Part shown: in pieces, positions 10,796-19,054 of the stretch
Layout: the number at the start of each line of letters is the position of its first letter
How positions within the stretch are numbered: position 1 is the stretch's first letter
Assembly (NCBI GenBank): GCA_963772205.1
Contig: CAVYXS010000258.1
Span: 16,325 to 80,324 of the forward strand
DNA length: 64,000 nt
Direction: 5' to 3'
DNA from: an uncultured cyanobacterium
GTDB lineage: Bacteria > Cyanobacteriota > Cyanobacteriia > Cyanobacteriales > Nostocaceae
Position numbers and translations under genes: made by a program
Notes under the pieces: generated by a model
The model's database searches: none
What the model saw: only the letters and a program-made list of their open reading frames with translations
What the model was told of the DNA's origin: nothing

Positions 10796-11091
10796 TTTTT
10801 TAATTGCGAGTTAGGATTAGCCCTTTCAAGGTGGATAGAAATTCTCGCAAATTAATTCCTCTATAACTTCTGATCTCTGTCTCCTATGTGGTTAGAAAAA
10901 TCATTTTTTAACCGCAGAGGCACAGAGTACGCAGAGAAAAAAAAATCTGAATTTGTAATTTGAAATAAAATATTGCTTGTCTCCTTGACAGTGTTAGAGT
11001 TATGTGTTATGTAAACCATTCTCCCCAGATGCCTATTGGCAAGCTGGGTTTTTATGCTTTTATATAGATAGGTGAAGTTTTGTAAAAAACA

Positions 11092-11716
11092 TTGACTGCT
11101 ACTTTTAAAGCAACAAACAACTTAACATTACCAACGGGATGGCATCGTCTGATCCCGATTTGGCAAGGTGGTGAGGAAGCAATTCAACAAAGTTTACCTC
11201 ACTCTCAGCTAGCACCAGGCTTGGCAATTACTACTTTTGGGGGATGGCTCGCCAACACGACATTTACAGTTGCTTACACGTGAGCCGACAGAAGTGGATG
11301 TTATTGACATGTCTTTGATTGGGATGGATACAGATAACGCTCCTGACTTAATTCAAGCTGTCCCGGATCCGCGACTGCGGCGTCAGGTTTGGCTACGTAC
11401 CGCCTCTGGTCAGCGATTAGGTTATGCTACTTCATGGTGGGAAGCTAGTCATGTAGATGAATTTTTGCAAAACCGTTCCTTACCGATTTGGGCGAGTTTA
11501 GCTCGTATCCGTACAGAGTTATATCGGGATATTCAAGGTATTTACTACGGTGACTCAGCTGCTTTGGAGTCAGGTTTTGAGGTTAAGGGGCCTTTTTGGG
11601 GTCGCCACTATTTATTTTGGCATCATGGACAACCTTTGACCTTGATTTATGAAGTTTTTTCGCCTTATTTAACTAAATATTTGGGTGCTACGCAGATGAG
11701 TTCCATCAATCAGTAA
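11092..11716 (+). pseudogene. chorismate lyase-like (DUF98/UbiC-like) protein, apparent +1 frameshift near 11220
   Basis: The N-terminal 43 aa (…PIWQGGEEAIQQSLPHSQLAPG) are in frame 1 and the rest (WQLLLLGDGSPTRHLQLLTREPTEVDVI…) in frame 2. The two ORFs 11092..11283 and 11237..11716 overlap. Confidence 0.55.
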
Positions 11717-11794
11717 GGGACTGACAAATAAAAAAATCTCCAATTTTTCTTGTGGGGTGGGCGTCTCGCCCGCCCGTAGCCAAGGAATATAGCG

Positions 11795-12112
11795 GTTAAG
11801 GAATATAGCGGTTATCGATTGAGTCCAATACACTCGTAGGGGCACGGCAGTGCCCATAGGTGTCAACTTAACGTGAAACCCTTGTCAAGACGTGATTTTG
11901 AATTAAATCACCTACCATCAGAATCCGCGTTACCCCACCCCGGTTTTGTCTAAAGCGAAAACCGCCCCTCCCCTTGGCAAGGGGAGGGGTTGGGGGTGGG
12001 GTAAAACGCCTGTGGGATAAGCGTTTGAGCTTAAGTTGACACCAATGGGCAGTGCCGTGCCCCTACATGCGACGATATAATTTTGTATTGCATCCAACTG
12101 AGAACAGCTATA
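11795..12112. mobile_element. nested MITEs: a 185-bp MITE with GGTGTCAACTTAAG terminal inverted repeats (11859-12043) inserted in the central palindrome of a ~110-bp MITE (GGGCACGGCAGTGCC family)
   Basis: The outer element halves (…CCAATACACTCGTAGGGGCACGGCAGTGCC | GGGCAGTGCCGTGCCCCTACATGCGACGATATAATTTTGTATTGCATCCAACTGAGAACAGCTATAG) flank the inner element. A second copy of the inner MITE is at 18523-18708. Confidence 0.7.
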
Positions 12113-12160
12113 GATGTCCACTCCACAAAATAGGATAATTTATTTGTGGAAAATCCCTAA

Positions 12161-14308
12161 TTATGGAGTTACAAAATCTAAATGATCGCCGGGGAAAGAA
12201 CGTAAATCCTGTACCGTACCTTCCATTTTCAATTTTCCTTTTTCCAAGAAAATAATCCAGTCTGCACGCTCAATTACCCTCGGACGGTGGCTAATTATAA
12301 TTGTAGTTTTGCCTTGTCTAGAAAATAACAGTTTATCTAAAACTTCTGATTCACTGCTGGGGTCAAGTCCGGCTGTGGATTCATCTAAAATTAGTACAGG
12401 TGGATTATGCACAATGGCGCGTGCTAACGCTAGTCTTTGTCTTTGTCCGCCAGAAAGATTAGCGCCAAATTCTCCTAAAACTGTTTGATATGTGTCTGGT
12501 AATTTACTAATAAATTCGTCAGCCAGGGTAATTTGACAAGCGGTAACAATTTCTTCAAAACTGACATCTGGATAACCTAAGCGGAAGTTCTCAATAATTG
12601 AGCGACTCCAAAAATGAGCATCTTGTGGGACTAAAACTACTTGTTTTCGTAAAGATTCTAAAGATAAATCTTGCAGGTTATACATACCATAGCGGATATT
12701 CCCAGATTGAACTGTATGTAACCCGGCAATTAATTTGGCTAAGGTACTTTTACCACAACCAGATTTTCCAATTAAAGCAACAACTTTACCACCGGGAATT
12801 GTGACTGAAAAATCTTCTAATAAGTCTATCCTACCAGCATAATAAAAATTTAACTTACTACAGCATATATCTGTATAACCAGGAATATTTGCTCCAGGTT
12901 TTTGTATATCTGGAGAAGATTCAGGCGTACTGTTGATAACTTCTTGAATACGGGTATTAGCAGTTTGTACATGGGCAAAATCATCTACAATACCGATAAT
13001 AAAGCTAAATAAGCCAGTGACATTACCAGTCAGGCTCGAAAATGCTATTAATTGGCCTATACTTAATTCTTTACTAATAACAAGTTGACTGCCAAATAAT
13101 AATAAACCTGTACCACCAATATTAGCAACTAGTCCAGAAAACTTTTGGTTGATAATTTGAATTTGGATGGTTGTTAAAGATAACTTAGTTAAGCGGGTAA
13201 ATCGGCTTTGTAATTCTTCCCAAAATTGTGCTGCAGCCGTAGTAGTTTTTAGGGTTAATGCACCTTTAAAAATTTCTACTAACACCCCTTGATTTTCTGC
13301 ATCCAACACCATATATTTACGGACTTTTTGCCGCACAATAGGGAGAAAGGCTATTGTAGTGATGTTCATTAAAGCCGAAATCAATAGCGCAAATAATGAT
13401 AATTTCCAGCTATAATAAAACATCAAACATAAGCAAACCACTGCCATAAAAAATCTGGTAGGGAAACCAATTACTCCTTGAGCAATAAAACTATTGATTT
13501 TCTCAATATCTCTCAATCTGCTGGCAATTTCTCCACTCCGACGAGATTCATAATATTTTAAAGGTAAAGATAATAGTTTTTGTCCAAATTCTAACATCAA
13601 CTTTAACTCGAAGCGTCGGGCAAAATTAGCAATTAGCATATTTTGCACCAATTCTAAGCTGGTGTTGATAATGTGCATGACAATTACTGCTAATACTAAA
13701 GAGAGCAGTAAATCGGTATCACCTCGCACTAAAACATCATCAGTGAGAATCTGTATCAAAAAAGGAGAAGCTAAAGACAATAAGCCAATTAATTGGGAAA
13801 TTACCAAGGCTTCTAAAATTAGACCTCGGTATGGTAAAATTCCCTGGATAACCTTTTCAAAAGTGTTAAGTTTGTCATCAGGTTCAGCAAAAAAACGATT
13901 TGCATCTGGTTGGAGTAACAACACTACGCCATTTTGCCAACCCTCAAGTAGTTCTTCTTGAGAAAGATAACGAATACCTATTGCTGGATCGCCAATAATA
14001 TATTTTTTACCACGCTGACCATACAAAACTACCCAATGATATCCTTTCCAATGGATAATTGCTGGTAGTGGCATTTTTGACAGTTTTGCCAGAAAATCAC
14101 CTGATGCTTTACCAGTTCGAGTATAAAGACCTAGGGCTTCTGTACCACGTCTTAAACCTAACAACGTAGTTCCCAATTGACCGCTACCAATGGAATCACG
14201 GATACGGTTAAGTGTTAAATTACGTCCATAGAATTTGAGAATAGAAGCAACACAAGCGGCGCCACAGTCTTCTTCACTGTACTGAATTACAACTGGGTAT
14301 TTTTTCAT
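12161..14308 (-). CDS. peptidase C39 domain-containing ABC transporter (double-glycine leader peptide processing/export, SunT/LagD-like)
   Basis: N-terminal C39 papain-like domain with catalytic Cys (EEDCGAACVASILKFYG) and His (HWVVLYG), six-TM ABC exporter domain, C-terminal ATPase (GKSGCGKST Walker A, LSGGQRQRLALARA signature, ILDEST Walker B). Confidence 0.9.
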   Translation of the reverse strand: MKKYPVVIQYSEEDCGAACVASILKFYGRNLTLNRIRDSIGSGQLGTTLLGLRRGTEALGLYTRTGKASGDFLAKLSKMPLPAIIHWKGYHWVVLYGQRGKKYIIGDPAIGIRYLSQEELLEGWQNGVVLLLQPDANRFFAEPDDKLNTFEKVIQGILPYRGLILEALVISQLIGLLSLASPFLIQILTDDVLVRGDTDLLLSLVLAVIVMHIINTSLELVQNMLIANFARRFELKLMLEFGQKLLSLPLKYYESRRSGEIASRLRDIEKINSFIAQGVIGFPTRFFMAVVCLCLMFYYSWKLSLFALLISALMNITTIAFLPIVRQKVRKYMVLDAENQGVLVEIFKGALTLKTTTAAAQFWEELQSRFTRLTKLSLTTIQIQIINQKFSGLVANIGGTGLLLFGSQLVISKELSIGQLIAFSSLTGNVTGLFSFIIGIVDDFAHVQTANTRIQEVINSTPESSPDIQKPGANIPGYTDICCSKLNFYYAGRIDLLEDFSVTIPGGKVVALIGKSGCGKSTLAKLIAGLHTVQSGNIRYGMYNLQDLSLESLRKQVVLVPQDAHFWSRSIIENFRLGYPDVSFEEIVTACQITLADEFISKLPDTYQTVLGEFGANLSGGQRQRLALARAIVHNPPVLILDESTAGLDPSSESEVLDKLLFSRQGKTTIIISHRPRVIERADWIIFLEKGKLKMEGTVQDLRSFPGDHLDFVTP

Positions 14309-14342
14309 AGTTAAAAATTAGTTTTTATGCACCGATTGATAA

Positions 14343-14395
14343 AGAACCCCACCCCCAACCCCCTCCCCGCAAGCGAGGAGGGGGCTATTATATAC
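14343..14395. repeat. GC-rich hairpin repeat (CCCCACCCCCAACCCCCTCCCCGCAAGCGAGGAGGGGGCT family)
   Basis: Near-identical copies at 18463-18515 and 32941-32992. Longer related versions at 23329-23412, 29996-30075, 37031-37133, 44648-44740 and 26633-26685. Confidence 0.75.
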
Positions 14396-14928
14396 CTCAC
14401 TAGATCGGGAAACGCTATTTATAGATATATTGCTATGAGAATGATACATAATGTGTAAAAATTCGCTCTGTCCAGATCCCCGACTTCTTAAAGGAAGTGG
14501 GGTGTCTGATTTGTCAGGAATAATTTAAAACTGTGATGGCAATATAATTTAGCAGTAAAATTCCATAAAAATTGAAAAAGTCGGCTTTTAAATTGTGGTT
14601 AATGAATTTTTATTCTTAGCTTGCAAGCATCCGAAATATCCGTTGATCAATGCATTAGGAAAGCAACAGGCGAATGGTACGAAAACATCGCCAATCAATA
14701 ATGACATGCGGTAGTATCATGTTGATACTTATAACTTAAACAATATTACTCTTAATAAGCTGGTTGCAAAGACTATATACAAGATATAGCTTTTACAACC
14801 AGCTAATGCTATGGTAGGCATAAGCCATCAAAACCCTAAGGCTAACAGAGTGCGGCTATCCCTATTAGCCGCAACTCTACCTAATTTTTGATAAATTTAA
14901 AGCTTATACGAACAGTTAGCATTTAGGA

Positions 14929-15261
14929 CTAGGATGGGCAGCCGTTATAACCGCCGCCACCATAACCGCCGCCACCATGACCGCCGCCACCATAGCTGCT
15001 GCTACCACTGCTGCTGCTGCTGCTGCTGCTGTTGCCATTATTGTTGGTATTACAAATAGTGGTATTCACAGTAATAGTGGTACTCACAGAATAAGACGGG
15101 CTAGGAGAAGATGTCGGCGCAGATCCACCGCAAAGATCGCTTAAAAACGAACCTAAATCTAAGAAACAACCACCGGAAATTGTGGATTCATTGTTTTCAG
15201 ACAAATCAGACAGGTAGGTTTCGTCAATAGAAAGTAGTTGGTTTTCAGATGCGATGATCAT
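14929..15261 (-). CDS. double-glycine leader bacteriocin-like precursor peptide 1 (Gly/Ser/Asn-rich, 4-Cys core)
   Basis: Leader MIIASENQLLSIDETYLSDLSENNESTISGG ends in the GG cleavage motif (LSxxELxxIxGG type). The core starts CFLDLGSFLSDLCGG… and carries GGGGHGGGGYGGGGYNGC tracts. Confidence 0.75.
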   Translation of the reverse strand: MIIASENQLLSIDETYLSDLSENNESTISGGCFLDLGSFLSDLCGGSAPTSSPSPSYSVSTTITVNTTICNTNNNGNSSSSSSSSGSSSYGGGGHGGGGYGGGGYNGCPS

Positions 15262-15362
15262 GAATAATTCAGTCCTTTTTGAAGTTTTGACTTGTATTTA
15301 TGAACTTTTGAAGATACTTCACAGTACAAGCTGCTAATGGATGCAGTGTACAGAAAATATCA

Positions 15363-15656
15363 TTAGTGTCCGCCGGAGCTGCTGCCGGAGCTGCTACCGC
15401 TGGTGGCATTGTTGCCGTTGGTGTTGGTATTGGTTATATAGTTATTGACTATAACCGTAGTCCCAGGGCTCTGACTAGGAGCAGGCTGTCCATAACCGCC
15501 GCCGCTGCCGCCACCGAATAAACAGCCTAAAAGACCAAAAAGCCCACCGAATAAAGAAAAACAACCACCAGAAATTGTGGATTCATTTTCTTCAGACAAA
15601 TCAGATAGGCAGCTTTCGTCAATGGAAAGTAGCTGGTTTTCGGATGCAATCATCAT
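15363..15656 (-). CDS. double-glycine leader bacteriocin-like precursor peptide 2 (paralog)
   Basis: Leader MMIASENQLLSIDESCLSDLSEENESTISGG is ~85% identical to peptide 1. Core CFSLFGGLFGLLGCLFGGGSGGGYGQ… The ~100 nt upstream is also duplicated. Confidence 0.75.
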   Translation of the reverse strand: MMIASENQLLSIDESCLSDLSEENESTISGGCFSLFGGLFGLLGCLFGGGSGGGYGQPAPSQSPGTTVIVNNYITNTNTNGNNATSGSSSGSSSGGH

Positions 15657-16451
15657 GATAAGTTTCGTCCTTTTTGAAGTTTTTACGTTTGTTTATGAAC
15701 TTTTAAAGATACTTGACAGTGCTAACTAACAATATATGCACTGTGCAGAAAGTATCAATTTTTTAATAACAGTAACTCCAGAAGATAAAAGAAAATTGTG
15801 GCTTCATTTATCTGGAATTACTGTTATTTAACTAGTTCATGTATCTAAACCTACAGTATCTACGAAAAAAAGTATAGTCTTTTTTGATTTTTTTTCGATA
15901 AAGCAAAAAATGTATCTGTAGCTATTAAGTATTTATACGCATAAATTAATTGTAAACCTTCATACTATTCTCTAACATCAGAGATTTCACATTTTCAAGA
16001 CTTATCTTTTGCGTAAAATACGATAAAAATTGAGAACTAAGTTGATACGTATTACTGGCTGTATAATATCAAGCTACAGCAGAAATAATGTAAATTTCTC
16101 ATAAAAAAAGAAAATATCGGTAAAATATGATATCTTCTGAAATAAGTGAAAATAACACATTTTAGAATCCAAAAAGTATAAAAAAACATTAAATATTCAT
16201 TTAACTATATTGAAAATACGTCCATATTGAAAAATGTAGTTTTTGTAATTTTAATAGTACTGGCGTAAAGTAAATGTAACCGAAAAAACAATATTTTGAG
16301 ATTGCTACGTCATTCCTCTAGCCTAACGGAAGCAAGTTACGCAATAACATAAATGAAAACTCACGCTTTCAAAATGGATGAGGTGTATGTGTATGGCAGA
16401 AAATAACTACTGTTTATTTAGCGTAAATTTTGGCATTTTTTGAGAAAAACT

Positions 16452-18428
16452 ATGATTAAAGTTTTGGTGGTAGATGACCAAAAAACTATTAGAGAGTACT
16501 TAAAATCTTTGATTCAAAAAGAAACAGATTTAGAAGTAGTTGGGGTTGCAGATAATGGCAAAACTGCTATTCTTGAAGTTGCTAAATTACATCCAGATGT
16601 CGTGCTAATCGATATGGAAATGCCGGAGATGGACGGTATTCATGCGACAAGGATTATTAGTGAAAGATTTCCGAAAACGAAAGTTTTGGTGTTGAGTGGT
16701 TACGACAATTATCAATATATTCAGGATTCGATAAATGCTGGAGCAATTGGTTATTTACTAAAAGATGCTTCTCCAGAAGAACTTAGAGACTCAATTCGCT
16801 TAATTGACAAAGGCTATAGTCAATTAGCGCCTGGATTAATTAGTAAAATTATTACCCAACAGACAACATCCAATTCAGAAATAGTCAAAGTTGCCAATAA
16901 TTTTGATTCTCAGGTTTCAGGAATAGTTGTTAAGGAAAATCCGCCTACTTTTTTGAATGTAATTCATCCAGACGAACTATTACCCAATACGACTCGTTGG
17001 GCAGAAGTAGGAGGGGTATTTTTAATTGGAACTGTGATTACAGGCATAATTTTGTCTGCTGTTATTGAATACAAGGTAGTTGTAAAAGCACCTGCAAATG
17101 TGCGTCCGGCTGGAGAAGTACGCTTAGTACAAGCAACACTAGAAGGAACAGTTAAAAGCATTCTTGTTAAAGAGAATCAGATGGTGAAAACACAAGATAT
17201 TATTGCCACCATCGATGATAGTCAACTACAAATAAAAAAAAGTCAACTTCTAGACAATATCCAGCAGAACCAAATGCAACTGATGCAAATGGATGCTCAA
17301 ATTAGTGGTATTAATAGACAAATAGACGCAGAAACAGACCGTAATCAGACAGCGATCGCATCGGCGACAGCAGACTTACAACGCACGCGAAGAGAATATC
17401 AGCAAAACAAATTTGCTGTTAAAGGTCAATTACAAGAAGTCCAGGCTAATATTAAAATTGCCCAAAATGAATTACAAAAAGCCGAATTTGACTTGCAATC
17501 AATGCAAGCGAATCTGAAAGTGACAGAAGCAGCATTAAAAGTTGCTAAACTCAAGAGCGATCGCTATCAAAGTATTGCTACATCCGGCTCCATTTCTCAA
17601 AATCAATTGGAAGAAGTTCAATTAGGGGTACAACAGCAACAACAATCTCTGATTTCACAAAAAGCGAGTTTAGAAGCTCAAAAGCAAGTTGTCGAAAGAC
17701 AAAGACAAGCGATAGCAGTAGCAATGACCAAATATAAACCAGCAGCAGCAGCCATCAACCCTACTAATGCTGTTTTATCAGTGGTAGAAGGAAAAATTGC
17801 CCAAGAACGGGCTGCAGGTGAAGGAAGTTTAGCACGATTGAAGCAAGAAGAAAATAGTTTAATTCAGCGGAAAATCGAAATTCAAAATATAATTAACAGC
17901 GCCAAAAAAGACTTAGGACAAATAGAAAAACAACTGCAAGCAACTGTGATTCGTTCTCCCGACAAAGGGACAATTTTGAAATTAGAACTGCGAAATCCGC
18001 AGCAGTTAGTTCATGCGGGAGAAGCGATTGCTCAAATAGCCCCTTCTGAGGCACCTTTAGTAGTCAAAGCCAATGTCAGCGCTGAGGATATTAGCAAAGT
18101 AAAAGTCTGTAAATCTCCAAAAGTTGCACTCTGCGAACAAGGTAAAGTGCAAATGCGAATTTCCGCGTATCCTTACCCAGATTATGGCATTTTGCAGGGC
18201 GCTGTCAGAAGTATTAGTGCTGATGTGATTACACCCGCAAGTAATCCCATTGTGCCAACTGCACCTTACTATGAAGTGACTATCGAACCAGAGAAACTTA
18301 ATTTAAAAAAAGGTAATAAATTGTATCCAATCCAAGCAGGAATGGAAGTAAACGCCGAAATTATTTCCCAAAAAGAGACTTTTTTAACCTTGATTCTGAG
18401 AAAAGCACGGCTTATGACTAATTTATAG
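16452..18428 (+). CDS. response-regulator receiver domain fused to HlyD-family membrane fusion (secretion adaptor) protein
   Basis: N-terminal CheY-like REC (VLVVDDQ…, phospho-acceptor Asp in VVLIDMEMPEMDG, LVLSGY, YLLKD). Then a TM helix (VGGVFLIGTVITGIILSAVI), long coiled-coil and HlyD C-terminal beta-barrel (ATVIRSPDKGTILKLEL). Start taken at ATG 16452 (ORF opens with TTG at 16440). Confidence 0.85.
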   Translation: MIKVLVVDDQKTIREYLKSLIQKETDLEVVGVADNGKTAILEVAKLHPDVVLIDMEMPEMDGIHATRIISERFPKTKVLVLSGYDNYQYIQDSINAGAIGYLLKDASPEELRDSIRLIDKGYSQLAPGLISKIITQQTTSNSEIVKVANNFDSQVSGIVVKENPPTFLNVIHPDELLPNTTRWAEVGGVFLIGTVITGIILSAVIEYKVVVKAPANVRPAGEVRLVQATLEGTVKSILVKENQMVKTQDIIATIDDSQLQIKKSQLLDNIQQNQMQLMQMDAQISGINRQIDAETDRNQTAIASATADLQRTRREYQQNKFAVKGQLQEVQANIKIAQNELQKAEFDLQSMQANLKVTEAALKVAKLKSDRYQSIATSGSISQNQLEEVQLGVQQQQQSLISQKASLEAQKQVVERQRQAIAVAMTKYKPAAAAINPTNAVLSVVEGKIAQERAAGEGSLARLKQEENSLIQRKIEIQNIINSAKKDLGQIEKQLQATVIRSPDKGTILKLELRNPQQLVHAGEAIAQIAPSEAPLVVKANVSAEDISKVKVCKSPKVALCEQGKVQMRISAYPYPDYGILQGAVRSISADVITPASNPIVPTAPYYEVTIEPEKLNLKKGNKLYPIQAGMEVNAEIISQKETFLTLILRKARLMTNL

Positions 18429-18522
18429 ACAAGAGCTATAGCGTTTCTCTGTCAAGTGAGGTAAAAGAACCCCACCCCCAACCCCCTCCCCGCAAGCGAG
18501 GAGGGGGCTATGATGTACCATT

Positions 18523-18708
18523 GGTGTCAACTTAACGCGAAAGCCTTGTAAAAACGTGATATTGAGGTTACTCACGTACCATGATGATCCGCGTTACCCC
18601 ACCCCAGTTTTGTCTAAAGCCAAAACTTCCCCTCCCCGCTTGCGGGGAGGGGATTAAGGGGTGGGGTGCAATGTATGTCGGGTAAGCGTTTGACCTTAAG
18701 TTGACACC
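18523..18708. mobile_element. second copy of the 185-bp MITE with GGTGTCAACTTAAG terminal inverted repeats
   Basis: GGTGTCAACTTAACGCGAAAGCC … internal GC-rich hairpin … CTTAAGTTGACACC is collinear with 11859-12043. Confidence 0.7.
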
Positions 18709-19054
18709 ACTGGGCACTGTTCCCTACAGCGCGTGATACAATTTTGTACTTGGTGGTATGTTTACCTGAAAACAGATGTCAGCCAAGCGGTACAGGAACG
18801 CTTTGAGTAAGCGATCGCCATGACAACTATTTAAACGAATATGATATAATCCGGTCGCAACGACTTGGATACAAGCAGACATCATATTCAGAAAACGTAA
18901 CTAACCACAAAAACACCGATTACTACCAAAATATCATCAAAATTCTGGGTAAGAAAATTTAATGTAATTAGCAGACTTCAAAAATGGGAAACCTTTTGGT
19001 TTAATAAACCAATCAAGCAAGTAAAGAATTTGCCAATATGAGGTATAGGTTTTA

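Noticed and set aside
12161-14308. Identification of the C39-ABC transporter as HetC (heterocyst differentiation)
   Set aside because: It lacks the long N-terminal extension of HetC. Its neighbours are GG-leader peptides and HlyD rather than hetP, so a generic bacteriocin-type exporter fits better.
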